Of a stretch of 64,000 nucleotides of DNA, positions 37,266 through 45,618 are shown piece after piece; within the stretch, counting starts at the first letter, position 1; each line of letters opens with the position of its first letter. Made by a program: the position numbers and the translations under genes. The notes beneath the pieces were generated by a model. That model was not told the DNA's origin, did not search any database, and saw only the letters and a program-made list of their open reading frames with translations. The stretch comes from Thermoleophilia bacterium (GTDB lineage: Bacteria > Actinomycetota > Thermoleophilia > Miltoncostaeales > Miltoncostaeaceae), in the NCBI GenBank assembly GCA_017882585.1, contig JADGPF010000026.1, positions 1,336 to 65,335 on the forward strand, read 5' to 3'.

Positions 37266-37457
37266 CTAGACCGGCCCCGGCACGTCGGCACCGATGACCG
37301 CCGGCAGCGGGAGTTGGTGCGCGTCGATGAGCCAGCGGTTGCCGAATTTGATCGCCGCGATCTGGTGTGTGGCGATCATCTTGCGGACGGTCTCGTGATG
37401 GCAGCGGAAGATCGCGGCGACTTCGCCGACGGTGAGCAGTTCTGGGGACATCGACAA
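37266..37457 (-). CDS. Excisionase-family (MerR-like) helix-turn-helix DNA-binding protein
   Basis: 63 aa. LLTVGEVAAIFRCHHETVRKMIATHQIAAIKFGNRWLI matches the excisionase/HTH_17 pattern. Confidence 0.75.
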   Translation of the reverse strand: MSMSPELLTVGEVAAIFRCHHETVRKMIATHQIAAIKFGNRWLIDAHQLPLPAVIGADVPGPV

Positions 37458-37714
37458 CGCTCCTAATGGGTGTGCGGATGGCGCCGGTCATGCCGGACCG
37501 GCGCGGGGAGATCCTTGCTCCCTGGCACGATGATGGGGTGACCGCGCCCGGTGAGGGGGCGTATGGGGCGCGGCGCCGCTGCCAGGGGGCGCACACGATC
37601 CGGTGCGTCGACGTGTTGTCGGGGCGGACCGCGCCGGTTAGGCTCGCGCCTGCGGTGCGCGGACCGTCGGCGGGCGCGATGTGCGGGCAATGTACCGAAG
37701 CGATCGGAGCACAG

Positions 37715-39628
37715 ATGGCGGCATCGTCGGAGGGTCATTCACGTCTGCGCCGGATCGGGGCGGCGACCGCTGGGGTCGCGCTCCTGGTGAGCGGAGCGCT
37801 GGTGGCCGGCGGATTGCCCGGAGCTGCGACCAGTGCGCCACAGCAGGTCATCGCCGGTGTCGCCCGAGCTGGCAGCTCGCCGCTGCCTGCCTCGCGCGTG
37901 GTGCTCTACGTGGGCGGCAGCGCCGGGACGGTACGCCTGGGCGCGGCGTGGACCGGCGCCGACGGCAGATTCCGCATCCGGTATCCGCGCCCCCGGGGGA
38001 TCGGGATCCTCTATGTGATCGCCTCGGGTACGAGCCACCCGGCGGGCGCCGCGGTCCAGTTGCTCGGGGTGGCCGGGACGGTGCAGCGGCCCGCGCGCGC
38101 GGTGACGCTCAACGAGCTGACGACCGTCGGCGCGGCGTATGCGCTGGACCAGTTCGCGGCCGGTGCGCGGATCGGCGGGAAGTCGCCGGGCCTGGAGAAT
38201 GCCGCGGCTACGGCCGCGAACCTCGTCAACCCACGAACGGGGAGATATGGTGCCGTCGTCGCGAGCGCGCCGAACGGCAGCGCGACGCGCACCTTGAGGA
38301 CGTTCGCGGACCTTGCGGACATCGTTGGAGGCTGTACACGGGGCGGCCCGGGCACGTGCGCGCGACTGTTTGCGGCGGCGCGACCGCCGGACGGTCGGCC
38401 ACCGGCCACGACGCTCGAGGCGGTCCTCGATATCGCACGCAATCCCGTGCACAACGCCGCGCGAATCTTCGGTCTGCCCAAGGCCTCCGACTATGGGCCG
38501 CGACTGTCCGTGGCACCGACGGCCTGGGTGCTGTCATTGATCTACACCGCCGGCGGCTTCAACGGACCGGGTCGGATGGCGTTTGATTCGCTCGGCAACG
38601 TGTGGGTGACCAATAACTTCCAACCGCCGTACCCCAGCACGATCGCCGGTCTCGGCCTGATCTCGCTCGGTCCCACAGGAGTGCCGATCAACGGGAGCCC
38701 GGTCACCGGTGGTGGCCTCCAGGGCGCCTGGTGGGGCATCGCGATCGACCAGCACAACCGGATCTGGACGGCGAATTACACCGGTGCCGATCCGGCCGAC
38801 TTCACGAGCCCGAGCTTCATTGGCGGCGACACGGTGTCCGAGTTCAACGATGCCGGCATCCCCGTGTCGCCTACGGGTTCGACGAACGGCGGTCTCCGCG
38901 CCCCGCAAGGGGTGGCAGTCGACCGGCAGGGCAACGTGTGGATCGCCAACCACGTCGGCAATTCGGTCACCGAGTATCCCCACGGCAACCCGGCGGCCGC
39001 GAAGGTCTTTACCAGCCCGACGCTCAAGTTGCCGTTCGCGATCGCAATCGACGCCCGCGGCAACAAGTGGATCGACGACAATGCGATCTCTGCGAGCGTT
39101 GGTGGTGTCACTCGCATCGACGCAAGCGGTGACGTCCACCCGGCTATCCATGGTCGCGGGCTGATCTCGCCACAGGGCATGGCGGTCGACCAGCTGGGCA
39201 ACGTGTGGGTGGCCAATCTCGGCAGCAACAGCGTCACCGAGATCAACGCGAACGGCACGATCAATGCCCGCTCCCCGATTCGCGCCAGGAGCCTTATTGG
39301 GCCGTGGAGCGTCGCGGTAGACGGCAACGGGAACATCTGGGTCGCGAGCTTCCTCGGTGAGACGGTGACCGAGCTCTGCGGAGCGAACCGAACCTCCTGC
39401 CCGCCCGGCGTGCGCACCGGCGCCGTGATCTCCCCAACCGCGCGAGGGTTCAACAACGGTGGATTGGAGCATCTGACCGCCGTCCAGATCGATGAGTCGG
39501 GCAACGTATGGGTCGCAAACAACTGGACGACGCTGTCGCCGCCATCGGGGGGAAACGGACTGGTGGAGTTCATCGGGATGGCTGCGCCGGTCCGGACACC
39601 GCTGATCGGCCCGCCGCAACGCCCGTAA
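37715..39628 (+). CDS. Secreted NHL-repeat beta-propeller protein
   Basis: ATG at 37715 is followed by the signal-like RIGAATAGVALLVSGALVAGGLPGAATSA. NHL-like blades repeat: PQGVAVDRQGNVWIANHVGNSVTEY, PFAIAIDARGNKWIDD, PQGMAVDQLGNVWVANLGSNSVTEI, PWSVAVDGNGNIWVASFLGETVTEL, LTAVQIDESGNVWVANNW. Confidence 0.8.
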   Translation: MAASSEGHSRLRRIGAATAGVALLVSGALVAGGLPGAATSAPQQVIAGVARAGSSPLPASRVVLYVGGSAGTVRLGAAWTGADGRFRIRYPRPRGIGILYVIASGTSHPAGAAVQLLGVAGTVQRPARAVTLNELTTVGAAYALDQFAAGARIGGKSPGLENAAATAANLVNPRTGRYGAVVASAPNGSATRTLRTFADLADIVGGCTRGGPGTCARLFAAARPPDGRPPATTLEAVLDIARNPVHNAARIFGLPKASDYGPRLSVAPTAWVLSLIYTAGGFNGPGRMAFDSLGNVWVTNNFQPPYPSTIAGLGLISLGPTGVPINGSPVTGGGLQGAWWGIAIDQHNRIWTANYTGADPADFTSPSFIGGDTVSEFNDAGIPVSPTGSTNGGLRAPQGVAVDRQGNVWIANHVGNSVTEYPHGNPAAAKVFTSPTLKLPFAIAIDARGNKWIDDNAISASVGGVTRIDASGDVHPAIHGRGLISPQGMAVDQLGNVWVANLGSNSVTEINANGTINARSPIRARSLIGPWSVAVDGNGNIWVASFLGETVTELCGANRTSCPPGVRTGAVISPTARGFNNGGLEHLTAVQIDESGNVWVANNWTTLSPPSGGNGLVEFIGMAAPVRTPLIGPPQRP

Positions 39629-39639
39629 GGGGCGGCGAT

Positions 39640-39671
39640 GCGACGAGCCCCGCGTCAGCGGGGCTCGTCGC
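39640..39671. terminator. Perfect 14-bp hairpin between convergent NHL gene and tRNA-Met (putative bidirectional terminator)
   Basis: gcgacgagccccgc-gtca-gcggggctcgtcgc, read directly. It lies 12 nt after the stop at 39628 and 5 nt from the tRNA 3' end. Confidence 0.55.
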
Positions 39672-39675
39672 CACA

Positions 39676-39749
39676 TAGCGGAGGAGGGACTCGAACCCCC
39701 GACACGCGGATTATGATTCCGCTGCTCTAACCGACTGAGCTACTCCGCC
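39676..39749 (-). tRNA. tRNA-Met (anticodon CAU), elongator-type; tRNA-Ile2(CAU) cannot be excluded
   Basis: The reverse complement folds as ggcggag-ta-gctc-agtcggttag-agc-a-gcgga-atCATaa-tccgc-gtgtc-ggggg-ttcgagt-ccctc-ctccgct-a. It has a G1-U72 wobble and no encoded CCA. Confidence 0.9.
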
Positions 39750-40041
39750 GTGGTGCGCGCGGGCGGCGACCGCGACCGGTCGTCGCGTCGGCGGTCGGAA
39801 TGTTACCTGATCGGAATCTTGCGGCCGGCGGCCCAAATCTGCGCCTGGCGGGACGATACGATCATTGCCGCCGACGCGCGTCGGGCGCAGTGAAACGGGC
39901 CTGTGCGCCGTACGCCCTGCGCCGAGTGCCCAGCCCGCGACCGCACATTCGCCGCAACGGGCGGCAGCAGGGCTTGTTCGACGGGGCCCCAAAAAAATCG
40001 CCACGACTTGCACGTGTGCCGGGCCGCAGCCGCACGCACGA

Positions 40042-40114
40042 AGCCCAGTAGCGGACTCGAACCGCTGACCCCCTCCTTACCATGGAGGTGCTCTACCAAC
40101 TGAGCTAACTGGGC
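40042..40114 (-). tRNA. tRNA-Thr (anticodon GGU)
   Basis: The reverse complement folds as gcccagt-ta-gctc-agttggt-agagc-a-cctcc-atGGTaa-ggagg-gggtc-agcgg-ttcgagt-ccgct-actgggc-t. Confidence 0.9.
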
Positions 40115-40303
40115 ATGGGTGTCGCAGGCCCCGAAACGCCCACCGCAAGCGGTGGATCTCTATGCTGGACCCGCTCCGAACGATACCCCGACCACGCCGG
40201 GGCGGCGGATTCTAGCGGATGCGTTGCGGCTTCCGCGCAACGCAACAGGACATCGGCTCGCGAGCCGGTATCTGATGGTGCGCACGCGGGGGTACAGCGG
40301 TAC

Positions 40304-40723
40304 ATGGCACGCACACTCAATGGCGTCATCGGTACGTTCAGATCTGGCGCCCCGGCCCAGTTCATCCGGTTCTGTGTCGTCGGCGGCATCGGATACATCA
40401 CGAACCTGGTCACGTTTGCGCCACTGGTCCGCTACGCACATATGCCCTACCTGCTGGCGGCCTGCATCGCGTACGCATGCGGGTGGGTTGTCGCGTTGAT
40501 CGGACACCGTCATTGGACGTTCGGGGAGCGCGAGGCGTCGGTCGTGGGTCAGGGCTCCCGGTACTTCGCTGTCAGCGCGCTCGTCCTGGTCGCGGATCTG
40601 ATCGTGCTGCGGATCCTCGTCGTCGCCGGCGTCGAAACCGTCCTCGCCCAAGCGATTGCGCTCGCGATCGTGACGCCACTGAGTTTTGGACTGAATCGGC
40701 TTTGGGCATTCTCCGCGCGTTAA
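40304..40723 (+). CDS. GtrA-family membrane protein (Rv3789-like)
   Basis: ATG at 40304. QFIRFCVVGGIGYITNLVTF and the C-terminal SFGLNRLWAF are GtrA hallmarks, with four TM helices. The upstream part of the track ORF overlaps the tRNA and was rejected. Confidence 0.8.
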   Translation: MARTLNGVIGTFRSGAPAQFIRFCVVGGIGYITNLVTFAPLVRYAHMPYLLAACIAYACGWVVALIGHRHWTFGEREASVVGQGSRYFAVSALVLVADLIVLRILVVAGVETVLAQAIALAIVTPLSFGLNRLWAFSAR

Positions 40724-40983
40724 GGAATGGTGAGGCCACGTGCCTTCGGTGGCGGCTCACAGCGCGGCCACAGCGCCCGCAACTATGTTGCGGGCCATGG
40801 CTCCTGCCAGGCGGTACGGTGGTGAGGCGGCGTTGCCGGTCGACAAGCCCCGCGGATCCTGCGACTGTCGTGCCGCGGTTCGCGCCGACGGGCGGTACGG
40901 TGCCAGAATGGTCAGGCCACCGGTCCGCCATTGGCGTCCGTGTTGACGGCGGGTGGTGCGATGGGTAGTGCAACGAACACGCA

Positions 40984-42369
40984 ATGACGACGTACGGACG
41001 AGGACAGGACCCAAGCGATCCATTTGACGCCGTCGGCACCGACGACGCGCGCCGCCGTCAGCTCGAACTCGAGCGGGAGGAGCGCCGCCGTGAACGTGAG
41101 CGCCGTCGCGCGACGAGTGCGAGCACGGGGCGGAGCCAGCAGCGATCGCAATCGGGCGGTCAGCAGGTGAAGACGCGCCCCCTTCCGCGGCCAGAGCGCG
41201 TCGAATCGCGCGGTGGCCAGGGCCCCAGGCGCCGCCGCCAGGGTTCCGGTCCGAACTGGCGCCTCGTGCGCCGCGTCGCGCTTGGGTTCCTCGCACTGAT
41301 CCTGGTGTTGGAAGGCGTGTCCTACGTGCGCTACATGTCCCAGCCGTCGAGCGTGCCGTTCGGCCCGCGGACGGTCGAGTGGGTGCGCGCGAATGTCAGC
41401 TCCTGGCTCGTGGACCAGGTCGAGCGCGAGTACTACTCCTGGAACGCACCTGCCAAGGGCGGCCCGACAATCAAGACCCTTCCGGCGGTCGGCATGGGTA
41501 CTGTCAACCTGAGCCAGGTCGCCGCGTCCCAGTTGCCGCCGAGCATCACGCCCGTGATCCAGCCGGCCCTGCCCGGCGAGGGCGTCTGGCGGACGACCGG
41601 CCTCAATGTGGGCGGCACCCCCCCGGTCTTGGTCACCACGTTTCGGTCGGACCCGAACTATCCGCGCATGGTTGCCGGCGTCGCGTGGATCGACCAGCGC
41701 AAGGCACGGGTCATCCTGATCCCGGGCCGCTACGAGCCGCCGGGCAGCGGTCCCCGCGGGCCCATGCAGGTGCCGTTCGACCTGCGCAGCCAGCTGCTTG
41801 CGACCTTCAACTCCGGCTTCCGTCTCGAAGATAGCCGCGGCGGGTTCTATGCGAACGGCCACCTGTGGGCGCCGCTGGTCAATGGCATGGCGACCGCGGT
41901 CGGGTACTCGAACGGCCTGGTCAACATCATTCCGTGGCAGGGGGGTGCGACGCCCCCGGCGAATGTGGTGTTCGCGCGGCAGAACCTGCCGATGATCGTC
42001 AACGAGGGCAAGCCGAACCCCAATCTGAATGACAGCGCACAATGGGGAACGACGCTCGGCAACGCGATCCGTGTCTGGCGGTCGGGCCTCGGCATCGACA
42101 AGAACGGGAACCTGATCTTCGCGGCGGCCGACCAGCAGACGGTTGGTAGCCTTGCGCAGATCCTGATCCACGCAGGTGCGGTGAGGGCCATGGAAACCGA
42201 CATCAACTACCAGTGGGTGTCCTTCATCTCGTACGCCACTCCCAACGGAGGGGTGCCGAGCAAGCTGCTCGGCGGGATTGACCATGGCGGGACGCGGTAC
42301 CTGTCTCCGGACGATCGCGACTTCTTTGCAGTCATCGCTCGCGCGCCGGTGACACAGACTCATGGATAG
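40984..42369 (+). CDS. Membrane-anchored phosphodiester-glycosidase-family (DUF2233-like) protein with Arg/Glu-rich N-terminal tail
   Basis: The N-terminal about 95 aa are highly charged (RRRQLELEREERRRERERRR). One TM follows (VALGFLALILVLEGV). The ectodomain segments GVAWIDQRKARVILIPG, FNSGFRLEDSRGGFYANG, GIDKNGNLIFAAAD and GAVRAMETDIN resemble DUF2233. Confidence 0.75.
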   Translation: MTTYGRGQDPSDPFDAVGTDDARRRQLELEREERRRERERRRATSASTGRSQQRSQSGGQQVKTRPLPRPERVESRGGQGPRRRRQGSGPNWRLVRRVALGFLALILVLEGVSYVRYMSQPSSVPFGPRTVEWVRANVSSWLVDQVEREYYSWNAPAKGGPTIKTLPAVGMGTVNLSQVAASQLPPSITPVIQPALPGEGVWRTTGLNVGGTPPVLVTTFRSDPNYPRMVAGVAWIDQRKARVILIPGRYEPPGSGPRGPMQVPFDLRSQLLATFNSGFRLEDSRGGFYANGHLWAPLVNGMATAVGYSNGLVNIIPWQGGATPPANVVFARQNLPMIVNEGKPNPNLNDSAQWGTTLGNAIRVWRSGLGIDKNGNLIFAAADQQTVGSLAQILIHAGAVRAMETDINYQWVSFISYATPNGGVPSKLLGGIDHGGTRYLSPDDRDFFAVIARAPVTQTHG

Positions 42370-43318
42370 CTCAGCGTCGACTGACGCGACCGACCGGACA
42401 ACCCCCGACACCGCCGCACACGAACCCGTCACCGTGCCGTCGATGGGTCTCGCCGCCGGGCTCGTGCGGACGGCTCGTCCGCGCCAGTGGGCCAAGAACG
42501 TCCTGATCTTCGCCGCGCCGTTTGCGGCCGGGATCATCACGCACGAGAACGTCTGGTGGCGCCTGCTCGTCACGTTTTTGGCGTTCTGCGCGCTCTCGAG
42601 CGGTGGTTACTTTTTCAACGACGCGCTTGACGTCGAACGGGATCGGGTCCATCCGCGTAAGCGCTTCCGGCCGATCGCCCACGGCGTCGTGCCGGTGCAA
42701 CTGGCGTACATCACCGGCACGCTGCTGTTTGTCGTCGGGTTCGGGCTCTCGGCCTGGATGGGAAGCGAGGTCGCGTTGGTCGCCCTCGCGTATGTTGCGC
42801 TGACGGTGAGCTACAGCTTGTGGCTCAAGCACGAGCCGGTGGTCGAGATGGTGCTGCTGGCGCTCGCCTTCGTACTGCGTGCCGCGGCAGGCGGTGAGGC
42901 AGTGGGTGTCACGCTGTCGCCCTGGTTCACCGTCGTCGTCTCGTTCGGCGCGCTGTTGGTTGTCGCGGGTAAGCGCTACGCCGAGCAGACCGCACTCGAC
43001 GTGTCCAGCACCCACACCCGCAAGGTCCTGGCGCGATACCCCGACGGCTTCCTGCGGTTCACGTGGGCGATGGCCGCCACGATCACCGTGACCGGGTACT
43101 GCCTGTGGGCACTGCTGCCGGGCAAGGGTCCGCACATTCCGGCCCCGTGGCCGGCGATCTCCGTGGTTCCGTTCGTGGTCGGCATCCTGCGGTACGCGAT
43201 GCTGCTCGAGTCCGGGGCCGGCGAAGCACCCGAGGACGTGTTTCTCCGAGACCGGATCCTGCAGCTCGCCGGGGCCATCTGGGTCGTGATCTACGTGATT
43301 GGCCTGTATGCCGGGTAG
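42362..43318 (+). CDS. Decaprenyl-phosphate 5-phosphoribosyltransferase (UbiA-family, Rv3806c-like DPPR synthase)
   Basis: ARPRQWAKNVLIFAAPFAAG and FNDALDVERDRVHPRKRFRPIA are characteristic of the DPPR synthase branch of the UbiA family. It overlaps the upstream gene by 8 nt. Confidence 0.85.
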   Translation: MDSSASTDATDRTTPDTAAHEPVTVPSMGLAAGLVRTARPRQWAKNVLIFAAPFAAGIITHENVWWRLLVTFLAFCALSSGGYFFNDALDVERDRVHPRKRFRPIAHGVVPVQLAYITGTLLFVVGFGLSAWMGSEVALVALAYVALTVSYSLWLKHEPVVEMVLLALAFVLRAAAGGEAVGVTLSPWFTVVVSFGALLVVAGKRYAEQTALDVSSTHTRKVLARYPDGFLRFTWAMAATITVTGYCLWALLPGKGPHIPAPWPAISVVPFVVGILRYAMLLESGAGEAPEDVFLRDRILQLAGAIWVVIYVIGLYAG

Positions 43319-44717
43319 GCGGCGAGGCGATGTCCCGGCGGCCGGGCGCGCGGGCGAGGGACAGTTGTTGACCGGATGGGGCCGCACGGCGCCGACCCGC
43401 GCCATCGTCGCCCGGCCCGCGAGCGCCGACGGGGTCGACGAGGTGTTGGCCGCGCCCGGCGCGCGCGGGGTGATCCCGCGAGGAATGGGACGCAGCTACG
43501 GCGATGCCGCGCAGAACGCGGGGGGACTGGTGGTCTCGACCCAGGGCCTTGCCGACAGCGTCGAACTGGATTCGGGCAGCGGTCGTGCACGCGTCTCGGC
43601 GGGCACCTCGCTCGGCCGGCTCATCGACGCCGTCCTGCCGCAAGGATGGTTCCCCGGCGTCGTCCCGGGCACCCAGTTCGTCAGCATCGGGGGTGCGATC
43701 GCCAGCGACGTGCACGGCAAGAACCATCATCGTGACGGGAGCTTTTGCGAGCACGTTTGGTCGATCGAGCTCGCGACGCCCGGCGGCGGTCGCATGAGCT
43801 TGGCCCCCGGTCAGGGTGCTTCGGATGCCTTCTGGGCGACCGCTGGCGGCATGGGCCTGACGGGCATTGCGCTCGCTGCTGAACTGCAGTTGCGTCCGGT
43901 CAGCTCCGCGTACATGCGGGTCGATACGACCCGCACCGCGGATCTCGAGCACTCCATGGGTGCGCTCGCCGACGCCGACGCGACCGCCCAGTACACGGTG
44001 GCGTGGGTTGACCTACTCGCGCGAGGCGGAGCGTTCGGTCGTGGGATCGTCACCGCCGGTGAGCACGCACGCCCGGGTGACCTCGACCGGACGGGCGAAG
44101 CGGTCGGCATCACCGTGCCGCCGAACCGCCGCCTCGCCTCGGTACCGGTCGTGCCGGCGCGGGCGGGTGTCTTGCACCCGACGGCGATGCGTGTGTTTAA
44201 CGAGCTCTATTTCCGTCGCGCGCCGGCTGAGCCCTCACGGGGCATTGAGCCGATCTGGGGCTACTTCTTTCCGCTGGATGTCGTCGGTCATTGGAACCGC
44301 CTCTACGGCCGTGCGGGCCTGCTGCAGTACCAGTTCGTGATCCCCGAGGCCGCAACGCCCCGCCTGATCCCAATGGTGGAGCGTCTTGTCGCCGATGGCG
44401 TACCGATCTACCTGGCCGTGCTCAAGCGGTTGCGGGACGTGCCCGGACCGCTCGGGTTCCCGATCCGCGGCTGGACGCTGGCGCTCGATATCCCCGCCGG
44501 TGCACCGGGGCTCGGGGTAGCGCTTGATCGGCTTGACGCGTCCGTCGCGGGGTGCGGCGGGCGTGTCTATCTGGCCAAAGACGGCCGCTTGCGGGGCGAA
44601 TTCCTGCCGGTGATGTACCCACGGCTCGATGAGTGGCGAGCGGTGCGCGACCGGCTCGATCCCGACCGCGTGATGCGATCCGATCTCGACCGGCGGTTGT
44701 CGTTGGTGGCGCCGTAA
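43299..44717 (+). CDS. dprE1: FAD-dependent decaprenylphosphoryl-beta-D-ribose 2'-oxidase (DprE1-like)
   Basis: LTGWGRTAPTRA and RGMGRSYGDAAQN (FAD-binding PCMH type) are present, with the typical C-terminal VYLAKDGRL and PDRVMRSDL. The exact start is uncertain; it lies in the 43299-43360 region and may overlap the upstream gene. Confidence 0.85.
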   Translation: MACMPGRRRGDVPAAGRAGEGQLLTGWGRTAPTRAIVARPASADGVDEVLAAPGARGVIPRGMGRSYGDAAQNAGGLVVSTQGLADSVELDSGSGRARVSAGTSLGRLIDAVLPQGWFPGVVPGTQFVSIGGAIASDVHGKNHHRDGSFCEHVWSIELATPGGGRMSLAPGQGASDAFWATAGGMGLTGIALAAELQLRPVSSAYMRVDTTRTADLEHSMGALADADATAQYTVAWVDLLARGGAFGRGIVTAGEHARPGDLDRTGEAVGITVPPNRRLASVPVVPARAGVLHPTAMRVFNELYFRRAPAEPSRGIEPIWGYFFPLDVVGHWNRLYGRAGLLQYQFVIPEAATPRLIPMVERLVADGVPIYLAVLKRLRDVPGPLGFPIRGWTLALDIPAGAPGLGVALDRLDASVAGCGGRVYLAKDGRLRGEFLPVMYPRLDEWRAVRDRLDPDRVMRSDLDRRLSLVAP

Positions 44718-44736
44718 TCTCTGACCAAAAGGACGC

Positions 44737-45495
44737 GTGATGCGCGATGCAGTTGGCCGGATCCAATCGGTGTTGTTGGTGGGCGGCTCATCGGAGATCG
44801 GCCTGGCGATCGTGCGGGGGCTTCCGCGGGCCGACGCGGTGGTCGTGCGCCTAGCGGGGCCCGACCGCCCCGATATGGAGCGTGCGGCCGATGCCTTGCG
44901 TCAGGAGGGCGTCGGGCGGGTCGAAATCGTCGATTTCGACGCCTGTGCCGTGGGCGACCAGACCCATGTCGTCGCGGCCGCGTGCGCGGATGAGCCGGAC
45001 GTCGTGATTATCGCGACGGGGTATCTCGGCGATCAGCCGACGGCCGAGCGTGACCCGGCCGCGGCGGCGCGAATCGTCGACATTAACTTCCGGGGGCTCG
45101 TCCCGCTGTTGGTCGGCGTTGCCCAGCATCTGCGCGGCCAGGGGCATGGCACGCTGGTGGTCATGTCGACGGTGGCCGGCGAGCGCCCCCGAGTGGCGAA
45201 CTACACCTACGGGGCGGCCAAGGCCGGACTTGACGCGTTTGCCCGCGGCCTGGCCGCGTCGCTCGCCGGATCCGGCGTCAACGTGGTCGTGGTGCGCCCG
45301 GGATTCGTGCGCACCCGAATGACCGCGCACCTGAAGCCCGCACCCTTCTCGACCACGCCGGACAAGGTGGCCGACGCCGTCGCGACCGCGATCGCCCGTG
45401 GATCGCGAATCGTGTGGGTGCCGGGGATCCTGCGGTGGGTCATGATGGTGCTGCGCCACCTGCCGGAGACGCTCTTTCGCCGCCTGCCAGGGTGA
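44737..45495 (+). CDS. dprE2: Decaprenylphospho-2'-keto-ribose reductase (DprE2-like short-chain dehydrogenase)
   Basis: VLLVGGSSEIGLAI (Rossmann) and YGAAKAGLDAF (Y-x-x-x-K) are present. The gene lies immediately downstream of dprE1, as in mycobacteria. Confidence 0.85.
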   Translation: MMRDAVGRIQSVLLVGGSSEIGLAIVRGLPRADAVVVRLAGPDRPDMERAADALRQEGVGRVEIVDFDACAVGDQTHVVAAACADEPDVVIIATGYLGDQPTAERDPAAAARIVDINFRGLVPLLVGVAQHLRGQGHGTLVVMSTVAGERPRVANYTYGAAKAGLDAFARGLAASLAGSGVNVVVVRPGFVRTRMTAHLKPAPFSTTPDKVADAVATAIARGSRIVWVPGILRWVMMVLRHLPETLFRRLPG

Positions 45496-45542
45496 GCGCG
45501 CGTCCTGGGTTTCCGCTCCGAGCGGAAAGGCCTGCGTCGCGA

Positions 45543-45566
45543 CGTGGTCCGGCGCGCCGGACCACG
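45543..45566. repeat. Perfect 24-nt palindrome in the dprE2 / VOC-gene intergenic region
   Basis: cgtggtccggcg|cgccggaccacg, read directly. A 7-bp hairpin tttccgc-tccga-gcggaaa precedes it at 45510-45528. Either could be a terminator or an operator. Confidence 0.6.
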
Positions 45567-45618
45567 ATTGACGGACCTTTGGCGCGGGTAGGACTATTTG
45601 CGCACGAAAGGACCCGCC

